From contig OZ024741.1 in assembly GCA_964016885.1 (NCBI GenBank), positions 101,060,001-101,124,000 on the forward strand: a stretch of 64,000 nucleotides of DNA, written 5' to 3'. Position numbers and translations under genes: made by a program. Each line of letters begins with the position of its first letter. The stretch's first letter is position 1. Origin of the DNA: Eledone cirrhosa (lineage: Eukaryota). Below the pieces are notes generated by a model. That model was not told where the DNA came from. It was given only the letters and a program-made list of their open reading frames with translations, and made no database searches. Shown here one piece after another: positions 1-12,801 of this stretch.

Positions 1-701
1 ACATGGATTACAGGTTAAAATATAGATATATGTGAAAGAAAAGAGGGTGTAGTTTATGGAACACCAAAATCATTTAGAAGTCGACCTTAAGTAGGAGCAA
101 TAACATTAAGACAGACATGAACGACCCACAACAGTGCTTTGAAAATTTTGAAAGTAGGTTTATAAGTATGAATTTTCATAAGATTTTCGTAGCTGTCTCT
201 GTGGTCTAGCGGTAGGTACTAGAGATGGTAGAGATCCTGACCTTGGGTTCAATCCTGGTCAAAAGGTACATGTAACCTTTTTTCAGTTTTTATTTTATAA
301 CCAGTAGAAAAAACTGAAAAGGCTTACCGGGAGCCCCACTCCAAGTAAGCCACGACACAGCTACAAAAGTCTAATGAAAATTGATGATTATAAACCTACA
401 TTCACAATCAAAGTTAAAAAGATGAGTTGTAGTTCATGGCTTTCCTAGAGCTATTAGTAATATTTAGGGTCGACTTCTGGTCATTATTGAAAGTCTATCG
501 ATTTCGCAAAATACACAATATTTTTATTGGAGAAGGAAAGATATTTTTCCGCAAAAATTTGATTGCACTGTCTTGTTTCCTCTTATGTATTTTTCGAAAA
601 TGTTATTTATTCATTATAAAAATTAAATGGTAGCATTCTATATGTAGGTGGGCCCCCTTCATCTCCTGGCAACCAATATTTTTAGACCCAGTCCGTCACT
701 G
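1..701 (-). mobile_element. Non-autonomous hAT-like element, partial (runs off window start); same family as 23839-24721
   Basis: 630-701 is the reverse complement of about 23839-23910 (terminus CAGTGACGGACTGGGTC). 55-480 matches about 24150-24605 in reverse. Confidence 0.7.
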
Positions 702-1127
702 TATATATATATATCCAAAGAAAGTGATAGAATAAAGATCTTATCCCATTTAATGCTTTGCATTACTACCGATTAGTACACATAGACAGAGTTCAAGAAG
801 CTGGAATGAAATTGTTTGCAATATGTCTATATAAGGAAGCAATGCCTCGTCAGAAGCAAATTAAGCAAAGAAAAATGGAAAAGTCGAGCCCTTTAGGGAA
901 AGATGGAGGCCAGTGGAGATTACATTTCAATATTACCAACAAAACAGATTAAGATGTATTACTACAAAAAAGTAACCGTTATATTTACGTCATAGGGACA
1001 CTAGCTAATTAATTGTTTAAGATAATTACGAAAATCCAAAATTAAAGTCTAAAATATAATTGTCAAAGAGAGATAACTGGTACTAACAGAAAAAATATTT
1101 CCCATCGCCCATATAGAGATATACATT

Positions 1128-1236
<109 letters not shown>

Positions 1237-1664
1237 GCGCGTTTATGTATTTGTTCTGCAAGATTCTTGATGTGAAGTCGTGTGTTGAAACCGATATTGT
1301 TATATTTGAGTATGGTCATTTTGCCAATATTGCCAATACCAAAGTTCTTTCGTCACCCATTCTGGGAAACCCTCAATGATTATTTGTTTTGTGCCTCCTC
1401 TTTTTCCTGGTCTTAAACTTCTACGCCAACTTGTCTTTGTTTTGTGGTGTGTTTTTTGTGTGTCGTGTCTGTGCATGCGTTTGCGTTTGCATCTCTGTGT
1501 GTATGTATTTTTGTGTTTGTATTTTTGTGTTTGTGCATGCGTTTGCGTTTGCATCTCTGTGTGTATGTATTTTTGTGTTTGTATTTTGTGTTTATATTTT
1601 TGCTACATGTGTTTTGTGTGCGTGGGTTTGTATCGTTTGCTGTTTGTGTTTTTATTCTATCTTC

Positions 1665-2075
1665 AGTCATTAAGTTGTGGGTTGTTACTATTCCACTCGT
1701 GTTTTCTGTTCAGGCTAGGACTATCTTCTATTATGTGTGTGGCCTCCGTAATTTGTCTGAGTGTTGCCATAGTTCTATGTGTGGACAGGATCTTTATTTC
1801 TATGTTATCTATTGAACCCTCGTGTTCTAGCGTGGCATGTTGGTTTATAACTGATGAGCTTTTTCTCCTCCTTAAGTTCTCGCCCGTGTTTCTTTAATCC
1901 CTCTCCTATACTATGGGCTGTCTCTCCTGTGTATGTCGTTGCATTGTTTCTGCATCGTCCCTCTCTACATCTTATCCTATAGACTACATTTCCAGTTTTA
2001 CAGTTTATCTGTCGGCTTATCTTACAGACTATACAGTTTCTATCAGTACAGGGTTTTTCCTAAAGCGGTATGTTC
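1665..2075 (-). pseudogene. Penelope-like element GIY-YIG endonuclease remnant
   Basis: Manual minus-strand translation: Cys linker CTDRNCIVCKISRQINCK, a frameshift, then NVVYRIRC...YTGETAHS, one stop, then HATLEH...LRQITEATHI...PSLNRKHEW. Not in the ORF track. Confidence 0.75.
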
Positions 2076-2176
2076 TACTGATTCAGGATTTTATGGTAGC
2101 TTCTGATTTTAGTCGCTGACCCGACCATGAAACAGGTTGTACTACAGTACGTGATACCAGTACCAGGCAGAGACAT

Positions 2177-2282
<106 letters not shown>

Positions 2283-3485
2283 CACATACATACATATACA
2301 TATATACATACATCTACACATATACGTACACTCATAACCACACAATACTCGTCAACAACCACACATCTCTGCCAATACATATTTCCATATGTATCTTCAC
2401 ATATATTTTTTTCATTTAAATATTTTTCAATATAAACTTGACAATATAAATGTAGATAGATGAATGTATACACACAAATCCGATATTTAAATGCATATAC
2501 CAGCAAATACAGTTATATAAACCCAGATGCATAAAAGTCTGTGTTCATACATATAAAGATATCAAATGGGGCCATAAATCCTATTGAGAAAATCCATAGG
2601 AAAGATGATGTGGACAATTAATAACTATTTGTTCCGATAGTTTAAGAGTTTATGTGCCAACATCGTGACAAAATACACCTCAGAAATACATAAAAGGCAA
2701 GATTTTTCTGTTTCCGTCATAAGCTTTTGCGGAACCTAATACAGAGCATTGAAGTCAATGGTTGTTTTGTTTTGTTTTTGTTTTTTTGTTGTTGACATTT
2801 TGAGAGAAGCAATACACTGAGCCAAGGAAGTAGATTTGCTAAGGTTCTCATTTTTAAAAGAACGTAGATGGCAATAGGTTGTAGCGTCTATATAAAAATT
2901 ATGTGCATTTTTATATTTAGATTTTTCTTAAGGCACTCTACAATTACATTCATAGTTAGGGTTAGAAAACCCAATTGAGGAAGAACAAGGCCTATTGTTA
3001 ACAGTTTTGTGGTTATGGTTTTTCAGATGGCGATCTAATTAGTTGTTGTCGTTTAAGCTACTATTACTATGCTAGTTACCTAAGACAATGTTAATAGTGT
3101 TGTTAGAAGTATAAGGTTTAGAAAGTTTATGGTGTTCGCTGAAAGCAATATAGTTAGCCAAACAGGGTGTTGTTGAGAAGGATAACGTAAAATATGATTT
3201 ATATATATATATATACAAGGAAAAAACATTGTTGTCTCTGATCGAGACGAAGCGCGAGTGTAATTTTTGAATTCATATAAAAATGAGAAAACTCATCGCT
3301 AGAACAGCTATTAAAACAGCCATATACTGTCAATGACAGCGATGGGTAAAAGTTCCACAGAGGACAGAAACCAACGGTCAGTGGCTGGTCAGCATAGAGA
3401 CAATCCAAGAGGTGGGCGACAGGCAGACGAAACATAGAAGATTGGAAGAGGATGAGGTCAAGGAGAAGTGCACTAGAGCACAGAA

Positions 3486-3630
3486 GCGATATACAAGACA
3501 AGTTCACACACATCTTCACCTTCATTAGCTCTCAAATCAGCAAAATGGTTTTGCCCGATTTGAAGCCATGGTTTGAGAGCTGATGAAGGTGAAGATGTGT
3601 GTGTGTGTGTCAACTTGTCTTGGACATCGC
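3486..3630. repeat. Imperfect inverted repeat, about 53-bp arms and 30-nt loop
   Basis: 3486-3538 is the near reverse complement of 3570-3630. The right arm contains CTGATGA. Confidence 0.8.
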
Positions 3631-4924
3631 CTTACCTTATTTCCCTCTTCTTCGCCGCTTTTGTCGAACATTCAACATTCAGAATATAAACAATACATAG
3701 AAATATAGAAAAGCTTTAACCTTATATGGGAGACATGTCAGTTGAAACTGCAAATAAAAATACACAGTTTACAAAAGTCATTGATGTTATTTCAGCGAAC
3801 TCCGCCCTACCCCTCTCACTCAATAAGACAATAAGCTTTCAGTTGTGAAACACCATCACGATGTTTAGCGTGCACACCTAATAGTTATATAGTGAGTACA
3901 ATGGCAGTGTTTTGGTAAAGATACATCATCTACCTAACTCCTGGACGGATTCCATTTCTATGCAATATTCTGCCCATCAACAGTTATTAAGACTGCAGTG
4001 TGCAGAAATTGCGCTTTAACAACAGATATTTGGCAATCAGGCTATTACATTTCCTCAGCAGATGATGCCCAATTCGACACATAGGTTCGTAAATCTAGCA
4101 GTCCTGCACTATCATGACCTATAAAATAGAGGAAGAACATTGTATTCTTTGCTTTGTTGTTTCCGTTTAACCTCGGCAGTATTTGACCATAAAGGGACAT
4201 AACTCTATGCTGGAAAGCATGGCGTCAAACCCTCTACCAATACTGCCAATAATATACAAGAATACTGAATGCACGGAATATTGAATTTTGTTCAGCACGG
4301 AAATATTTCTATGGATCGAAATAGCGAACTGGTTTATTGGGAATTGACGAAGTGTATCATGAAAAAGTGTGTGTGGGGGGAGGGGGGGTGCATTAAGGGA
4401 AAAGTAATAATATCAACATCAGTGTCAGAGAACAGTAGAGAAGAGCAGAGGGTGGTGGTGGAGTGGCGAAGTCAATAGGTTTAAAGAGACTCACAGAAAA
4501 TATATCGCAAACAACGTGCTCGCGGTGAAATTGGATTTCGAATATCCCTTCGATGCGAAACACGAAGAATATAGTGTTCGTGCTAAAGTACGTGCCATTT
4601 GATTGGCCTGAGTAGCAGGGGCACTGATGGATCATAGGGGCACGTGTTATCCGATTATAAGTAGCTGTTGGCAGTTTTTCAGCAGCATATTACTGCATTG
4701 TTCACGAGGAGCATCAGACAGGAAACGGCGGACTTTGTCCTTCGCCTTGATAGTCTGTTGTGAAGAATCAGAGTGCAGCGACAAACTGATTTCAGCAGTG
4801 CGATGGGAAAATTGATGGGAGGGGATTCTCTGTCCTATAGAGTTTATTGTAACTTGCCATATTTATTCGATACTGTCTTGACAGCTGTTTATTGCAAATA
4901 GCAGCTAACTGGGAGTTTTCCCAA

Positions 4925-5230
4925 ATGCATAAGCTGAAGTGTGATGCCGTTGTACATAATAAAAATCTTCATGGCCATATCTCTGCTGAACACAGAGTTG
5001 AAGATTTTGGCAAAGGTGGGCTTGAGACTCGGTACTTGGACCAAGGCTCTGGCTAAGATGCTCGGGGTCCAATTCAGACCAGATCTTCATGTAGATAAAA
5101 CCTGGGAAGAGACTGTAAGCAGTGTGACAGAACCAGTCTCACTTAGAAATAGGTTTTTAGGAAACTGTCCATAAAAGATCAGGGTGGAAATGGCTGCTGT
5201 TTATCTAACTTTGGTGATGACCTTGTCACG
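4925..5230 (+). mobile_element. Internally deleted Tx1-like LINE fragment
   Basis: LLNTELKILAKV, GLRLGTW and MLGVQFRPDLHVDKTWEE match separate parts of the ORF2 at 15701-19102. Confidence 0.7.
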
Positions 5231-6587
5231 GAAAAAACCTAAAAATTTGTTTGTTTTTTTCATGATTCCTTATCAATTTCCCTTTGTTTGTTTCTAAGTA
5301 ATTTTTTAATGCTGCTATTGTTATCTTGTAGTAGTTTTCTATTCGTATCAAATCCCACACTCCTTGTGTTAATATAGGTATATTCTTTCTATATCAGATT
5401 TAGAATACTGGCTTTGGAATGATGTCAGTAGTTCGCTGGATTATTCTAAGTTCTTCAAATCCCCTAATTTCCAGGTTTTTTTTCGGGGGGGGGGGGGGGG
5501 GGGGGTTGTAGAATAACAGAATAAATCTAATCTATTAGAAATGATTTCGACAAATTAAAAAAAGTATCAGTAAACATACAGCAAATGAAAATAGCATTGG
5601 AAAAGACTATAAATGCCATAAATGAGAGGAAAACGAGGGAGAGAGCAAGGACTATTAGTCAAAGGAAGAAAGAAAGGGGGATGGTTAGGGTGGTTTTTCG
5701 GCTGTGCCCCGGCATAGGCATTTCCACAGCGACACCCGCTGAAACAGCCACCCCACCTCGCGGGGCTGCTTCAGACAGGCTGCTGTCCTTCCGATTTTAC
5801 GAAGGAGGTCAGCTGTACGGGGTCCGAGAACGCCTGAGGTCTCAACGGCGACCGGAGCAAATGCTGAAGCTGTAATTTACAACAGAGATGGCTAGTTTAA
5901 TTATACATACTATATTATTCCTAGCATTGACTATAAATATACTTTTGACTTGTGTGTAGTATTACTTCCTATTTTTTTTTTTTTCATTTGTCTGCAATGT
6001 ATTTTATCAGTTTCGTTTACTAAGTATTTGTTCTGGTCTAATTCCCTGAATTCCGAATATATGTCTAATCTATTATTCTCCGCTTTAGTTGATTTACCTT
6101 TTCTTATAGTAGTTTTGTTTATTTATTTCTATACATACTTTTAACAGTTAAGAGTGTGTTATTGTTAGTAGCGCCACGAGTGACCAGTTCTGTAGAAAGA
6201 TGTGGTAAGAACATCGACAACGACTTTGTCTTGTTTTACATTATCTATTAACAAGGTTAAGCTATGTAGAGCTGAGTAGAGCAGGCATGCCAAGAGTTAT
6301 AAAACAAACGAATTAAGGATTTCAGAAGGCACGGTCCACTGGCTGAAGTGTTTCCAAGCCGTGGTTAAGTTGTTGTGTTACATATTGGCTAGTGATTTCA
6401 CGACGAAAGAAAGTTAGTTGTTTACCTTTTCACAGTCAGGATCCGAGAGACAGATTTCTCAAATCAAAGCGGGAATTTTTCCCTCAGGGCGCGTAGAGAT
6501 ACATTCTTCTACTGGCGCTGATTGGCTGAGCTGAGCCAAATCACGCACAGAGAATGTATGTGAGCCCGCGGAATGTAGGTCACTACA

Positions 6588-6600
6588 ATACTCCCCCTCT
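6588..6600 (-). other. Polypurine tract
   Basis: AGAGGGGGAGTAT immediately precedes the 3' LTR on the minus strand. Confidence 0.8.
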
Positions 6601-8015
6601 AGTCGTAAGACGATACAGATTATTGAATCAGCAGGAAAAAATGCTGAAAGAGCACATCAGTGAAAAAATAATTGAGCAGAAGGATGCATGCAAGAAAAAA
6701 AAATAAGGCGTTAAGGGCCGTGTTGAGCCGCTGTATCAAATGACTAGCTGTTTTGTAGTTTATTCGTGACCACGAAGGGTTTAACAGAAAACGGATAAAG
6801 TCTGACATGGGCGAAGTTGCTGTTCTTGCATTAAATGTTAATGGTAAGTGCTGTACCAGTAGCTGTGCGTGAAGCTGTTATGGTAGTTTACCAGTGCTGG
6901 CAAGAAGATGATGGGTAGGCGAGAAAATGTCGGCCTCCCAGATGTATTGCCGAAAGTGCTAGGCAGCCAGGAAAAAATGGCTGGTTGCTTTGAAAAGAAA
7001 AAAGCAAGTTGAATCTGTAGGTGGGTAGTAGTTGAAATGTAAATTCCATAATTCTGGCGAATCCATAGAAATGGTGGAAATGCTGACAGGTCCAGTTCCA
7101 TTCGTTATTTTCCCGGTGAGTCGAGTCAAGTAACAAGATGGAGGTTGTTATGGACGATGAGTATGCAACGAGATGCGAAACTGTTTGAGTTCAGCTGCAA
7201 TTAGCATTCTCGTGTTGCGGTGCAGGTGAATTAAGCTGCAAAGTGTCGATTGCATGTTTGGTGTCTCCACAAAGTGAGAAGGGATCTCGCAGAATGTTAC
7301 GACGTTTGAATATCATACACTAAGAACAACAACATGTTGGTGTGTGTCAAAGAAATATGTGTGCATATGCAGGCATGTAATACAGCAAAGAATGTGTGGG
7401 TGCAGTCATATATACAATGATAAAGAAAATGATGCTGTCATATATACAATGATAACATTTTTTTTTTCATATAATGCAGTTCTAAAAGAATAAATGTCCG
7501 GACATTGCCTGTAAATAGAGAAAGAAAGAAATAATTGTTTCTTGAAACAAAGTTCGCTTTTTCTTTTCTTTGGGATCGCTCTTACTAGGAAGCTAGTAGA
7601 GTTGTTGTTGTTGTTAAAGCAAAGTCACAGTGAATCTTCTGTAGAATCGAAGTCGAGCGCTGAAGAGCCTAGAGTCACCAATATGCCAGTCACGTTTGAC
7701 GCCATAGTGGTGAGAAGACTGATGTCTTAATTTCTCGAGTCCCTGTGGTAACGAGACAGAAGGTATGGTGGTTGCGTCGGTAAAGTTACAAGGCTGCCAC
7801 ATCGCTATTCCCTGGTGTTGGTTAGTAGTTAACCATGTGTTGTCGCTGCTGCTGATGTATTTGGTAGTGGTGAAAGCCATGTGTTGCTGCTGATGGCTGG
7901 TAGTAGAGAAGTACTTGGTGGTAACCATTTTGAAATTTCGTCGTGGCGAAAATTTTTTTAAATACTGCTAATTTTTTTTAATTTTAAAAGGAATATTTTG
8001 TATTTATGATATTCC

Positions 8016-8031
8016 TCACGTCAGGTCACCA
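8016..8031 (-). other. Primer-binding site complementary to the tRNA-Trp 3' end
   Basis: Minus strand reads TGGTGACCTGACGTGA; the tRNA-Trp complement is TGGTGACCCCGACGTGA. Confidence 0.8.
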
Positions 8032-8994
8032 ATTTAACCGTTAATATAATTAGTTCGGCAGGGTTATCAATTTTAACAGTTAAGATGTGTTATTGTTAGT
8101 AGCGCCACGAGTGACCAGTTCTGTAGAAAGATGTGGTAAGAACATCGACAACGACTTTGTCTTGTTTTACATTATTTATTAACAAGGTTGGGCTATGTAG
8201 AGCTGAGTAAAGCAGGCATGCCAAGAGTTATAAAACAAACGAATTAAGGATTTCAGAAGGCACGGTCCACTGGCTGAAGTGTTGCCAAGCCGTGGTTAAG
8301 TTGTTGTGTTACATGTTGGCTAGTGATTTCACGACGAAAGAAAGTTAGTTGTTTACCTTTTCAAAGTCAGGATCCGAGAGACAGATTTCTCAAATCAAAG
8401 CGGGAATTTTTCCCTCAGGGCGCGTAGAGATACATTCTTCTACTGGCGCTGATTGGCTGAACTAAGCCAAATCACGCACAGAGAATGTATGTGAGCCCGC
8501 GGAATGTAGGTCACTACATACTTTTATTTCAGCTGAATTTATTAATCATTTTTTATTAAGGTTTCCAGCTGAATATTATCTCTTGTAAACATCTTCAAGT
8601 CAACCATTAAGAGAAAATGGCTTATAGTTTTTCCGTAGTAACTTTACCCAATGGTGGTTTCGTTTAACAGTCTGGTTAATGTTTACCCCTATCGTTAGTA
8701 CAGAAACAAAAGAAATCAGACTGGTGGTACAAAGAAAGATTGCGTTTATTGAATCTGAACATACCGAAGTTTTTGGAGGTCTTATTCACGCCAGTCACTA
8801 CATCACTGGGTTGTGAGAGTTTTCTTGAGAACATGGGTGCATTGCTCCATCTCTCCCTAGTAGCTCACCGCTGATTGGTCTGAGGATGCTTATTCGTCCG
8901 ACAGGAGCCCTCTTATATCGCAAATAACAATCATATCTGGTGGCCGTATCGTTATCTGCCACTAGCGATCCGTTCTCTTGCATAACAGCTCTGC

Positions 8995-9440
8995 CAAGAA
9001 TACCTACCCATGCCTATGGTCATGAATATTCGGTAGTGACCGAAAGAGTACGACCGCAAATACAAGCGGCCGAAATGGGGTTTCTCCGAAGGGTCTTCGG
9101 AGTGACGTTATTCGACAGAGTGCGTAGCTTGGAGATCAGGGAGTCGCTTCAGGTAAGGCCGCTATTTCTCCGCATCGGAAGACCACAGTTCCGGCACTAC
9201 CGAGATGTGGTTAGAATGTTTTAGGGAAAATCGCGGGTCAGATTTTACGGGGAAAAGCAACTAACAGGAGACCCAGAGATAGTCCACGAGCAAGATGGTT
9301 GGATAACATCCATAAGCTCGGTTGGTCTCACTGGAGGAATTAGCTTAATTATTTGGAGACATTCGCTTCCCCAGACCATTTGGAAGGTGTGTCTGAAATC
9401 TCTTCCTTTACGACTCTCTCAGCAAGAAGAAGAAGAAGAA
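8995..9440 (+). mobile_element. RTE-clade LINE 3' fragment
   Basis: YGHE...IQAAEMGFLRRV.GVTLFDRVRSLEIRESL, followed by an (AAG)n tail. Confidence 0.8.
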
Positions 9441-9569
9441 GGTTTAGGCAAACAAAGTCTAGCTGGCTGGTACCATTTGAGGGTTTTCTACTGGAGAATT
9501 TTTCTTTTTCTGAATTTCATTATCTTTTTTGTTTTTGTTATTTCTAATTTTCGCCTGTTTCTATAAAAC

Positions 9570-9640
9570 AGCACTGTATCGTATTGTACCGTCCTTTTTG
9601 TAACCCCTTGTGGTTAATAAAGAAACCATCATTGTTATTA
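9570..9640 (+). mobile_element. Tx1-family 3' end fragment
   Basis: CCCTTGTGGTTAATAAAGAAA is shared with 19341-19361. Confidence 0.6.
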
Positions 9641-9644
9641 TTCT

Positions 9645-9850
9645 TAGCTTTGCCTCTCATCGTTATGGGGTCGACAAATAAAGCACCAGTAACGCACTGG
9701 GGTCGATTTAATCGATTTTCTCTTCCCCGAAAATTGCTACCCTTGTGCTTAAAGTAGAAACAATTATTATTACAGAGGTCGATAAAATAAAGTACCAGTA
9801 ATGTACTGGATAATTGCTGGCCTTGTGCCAAAAGTAGAAACAATTATTAT
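9645..9850 (+). mobile_element. SINE family A, 3' portions in tandem
   Basis: GGGGTCGA(T)AAA(A)TAAAGTACCAGT...CCTTGTGCC.AAAGTAGAAACAATTATT tail, as in 55613-55805. Confidence 0.8.
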
Positions 9851-9852
9851 TA

Positions 9853-10333
9853 CTAGCAGAAAAACAACCCTACGGGTGGTTTTCTGCTAGCATGTGTAAT
9901 GTGTATATTGATATTATACGCAAGTATATATACATGTAGATATGATCAAATAAAATCGTAATTGACAATAAACACAGAAATTAAACGAAGACTGTGTTAC
10001 CCTCTCTTATGTAATCAGTAACGTAATCCATGATACATTAAAAAAAGACGATATTATATATAAACTGCATTTGGAGGAGAAAATTAGTGACGGAAATATA
10101 TGAATATTTATTTAAGCGATCGCTAACCAGAAGTGTTGACATTTGAACATTTTAAAGAAGTGAATCTTTAAATAAACAATAAAATATATTTAATCAACAA
10201 CCACGAAATTTAGTAGATAAATTATGTAATATTCATTCATTATTTATTCAAAGTAATCCAACTTATTTTACTAATGGGATAAAAGATTATAAACCGTATG
10301 CAGTCCCGCGCTCCTTACTTTATTATAGTTTAG

Positions 10334-10334
<1 letters not shown>
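9853..10334 (-). mobile_element. Non-autonomous Helitron-like element
   Basis: Minus strand starts A|TC and ends CTAG|T with a subterminal hairpin (9853-9890). No TSD. A second copy lies at 49094-49736. Confidence 0.75.
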
Positions 10335-10389
<55 letters not shown>

Positions 10390-10390
<1 letters not shown>

Positions 10391-12780
10391 GTTGCATTTA
10401 TCTTGCTTTATGTTCATACGAGTTATCACCAAGTCACAACCAGTGACCTCGAGAAACAACAAAGTCCGCCATGTTCAAGAAAGAACATACATACACACAC
10501 ATGCATCTTTAGGTGTACTTATATTGACAGAATCTTCCTTAGTATATGGGCAGTTCCCATTAGTACTATCTTTTGTATTTCTCCTATACGCGGGTTTCCT
10601 GGGATTTGCGATAAGTAATCATTAGACCCCTTAGGTATCATTCCTAGAGCGCCTACAACCACTGGTATTGTTTTAGTTCTCAATTTCCACATTTTTCCAA
10701 TTTCTATCTCCAGGTCCTTATACTTGCTCAATTTTTCAAATGTTTTTATAGATACATTCTTGTCTATTGGAACGGACATATCAATTTTCAGGCATACCCT
10801 CTTTTTAAAGTCCTTCAGTATTATATTAGGTCTATTTGCATCTATTTTTCGGTCTGTTTGGATGCTAAAGTTCCACAAGATTGAGATGTGATCTTTTTCA
10901 AGTATGGGAGGTGGTTGATGCTCCCACCAATTCTTTTGATGGGGCAGGTCAAAATGCTTACACATTATCCAATGTATGTATTGTGCAGCTCTGTCATGCC
11001 TGTTTAGGTATTCGGTTGGAGCTATAAGACTGCACATTGAAATTATATGATCAATGGTTGTTTTTTACATACACGGCATAATGGGTTGCATCCATTTTTT
11101 ATTATGTTGGCTTGGTAATTTTTTGTTGGCAGACACTGATCTTGTGCTGATATAATCAGTCCTTCGGTCTCCGATTTCAGTCCAGAGGATGCCAACCACT
11201 GATGGGTTAAAGTTTTGTCAACATCAGGATTGTTAGCTCTTTCTGGGTATTTTTCCATACAGAGGCTTTTCTTGCCATTTCTTAGCCAGTTTCTGTAGCA
11301 GTTCTTTCTTTGCAGTTACTTTTACCTGCTTTTCTTTTTCTGTGTTTTCCATTTCAGCAGTAAATGGGACTTCTGAAATTTGTAGTCCATTACTGTATCT
11401 TTGTGCATCTTTTGTAATGGAGTATGATCTTTTGATGCTTTCGTGTTTCAAAACGAGTTTGATCATCCAATCATGTGATTCCCTTAGATATGTAGATAAT
11501 CTAATTGTTGCAGTTTTCAACGCAATATCTAACTGGATTAACCCACGTCCTCCTTCTTTCCTAGGGCGATATATTCTATCTGCATCTGCCTTAGGGTGAT
11601 GCATTCTGTGCATGGTTCAGAATTTTCTAATTTTTGTATCGATCCTACGGATCTCTGTGCTTGACCAGTTGATGACATTGTAACTGTAGGTTACTACTGG
11701 TATGGCAAGCGTGTTTATGGCATCGATCCTATTCCTTGCATTCAATTCCGTTCTTTAGATTGCTCTTACTCTGCGGTAACATTCCTTCCTTATCCTTTCC
11801 CTCATTGTCGAGTGCTTGATTCCGTCTCCTTCACAAACACCTAGATATTTGTAAGTTTCCTCTTGATCAAGTTCTCTTACCACATTCCCCCGATCAAGAT
11901 TAATGTCTGAACTTTTCAGCAGCTTTCCTCTGGTGAACGTTGCTTTGGCGCATTTATCTAGTCCAAACTCCATTTTAATGTCATCACTGAACTGCTCCAC
12001 AGTGGATAATAGCCCTTGCAATTGTTCATCATTTTTTGCAAATAGTTTCAGGTCATCCATGTAGAACAAGTGATTAATGGTTTTGTTATAGACTTTATAT
12101 CCATGTTTTGTTTCATTGAGCATTTTACTTAATGGTATAAGTGCAATGCAGAATAAAAGCGGTGATAAAGAGTCACCCTGAAAAATTCCACAATTAATAT
12201 TAACTTCTCCAGCTTCTAGTGATTTTTTTTCACTATTCAAAAGGAGTGTCGTTTTCCATGTCTTCATACTGAATGACAGGAACCTCCTGACAACGGGAGA
12301 TATTTTGAAAATCTCTAAACATTTTTCAATCCAACTGTGTGGCAAACTATCGAATGCTTTTTTATAATCTATCCAAGCAATTGATAGATTTTTGTGTCTA
12401 TTATGACAATCTTCCAGTATCATTTTGTTAACCAAAAGCTGATCCTTACAATCATATGAGCCTCGTTTACACCCTTTCTGCTCATTTGGAAATAGATCAT
12501 TTGTTATCAGGTGGTCATATGTATATTCAGTTAGGACTGATGTTAAAATTGTATACATTGTGGTCAAGCAAGTTATCGGTCTGTAATTTTGGGGATTGTT
12601 TGTCTCATCATTCTTCGGAAGCAGGAATGTAATGCCGTTAACTCGCCACAATGGTATCTTTTCTGGCTCCTTAACTATTTCATTGTAAAGTTGGGTTAAC
12701 AGCTCATGAGACTCTGTGAAGGCATTTATCCAAAAAATTTGGTATTTTGTCTTTTCCTGGGGATTTCAATTTGCTGGTTT
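10390..12780 (-). mobile_element. R4/Dong-type non-LTR retrotransposon family A (RT plus restriction-like endonuclease), 5'-truncated and disrupted
   Basis: RT motifs YRPITCL, IDYKKAFDS, GIFQGDSLSP and YMDD (11755-12651). C-terminal CCHC/RHD and RPNII..D..K-type RLE (10519-11037). One stop and two frameshifts. (TAA)n tail at 10335-10390. Confidence 0.92.
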
Positions 12781-12801
12781 TATTATTATTATTATTATTG
12801 T

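Larger units (their letters stand above)
6140..8518 (-). mobile_element. Non-autonomous Gypsy-type LTR retrotransposon (CsRn1-like primer site)
   Basis: LTRs of about 447 bp at 6140-6587 and 8072-8518, with about 10 differences by eye, starting TGTAGT on the minus strand. PBS at 8016-8031, PPT at 6588-6600, TSD TACT at 6136-6139 and 8519-8522. No long internal ORF. Confidence 0.88.

Noticed and set aside
193-265. Genuine tRNA gene
   Set aside because: A and B boxes only, no convincing cloverleaf, and part of a dispersed repeat. The same applies to the SINE heads.
5585-5875. 96-aa ORF in a GC-richer patch
   Set aside because: No recognisable motif or splice support.
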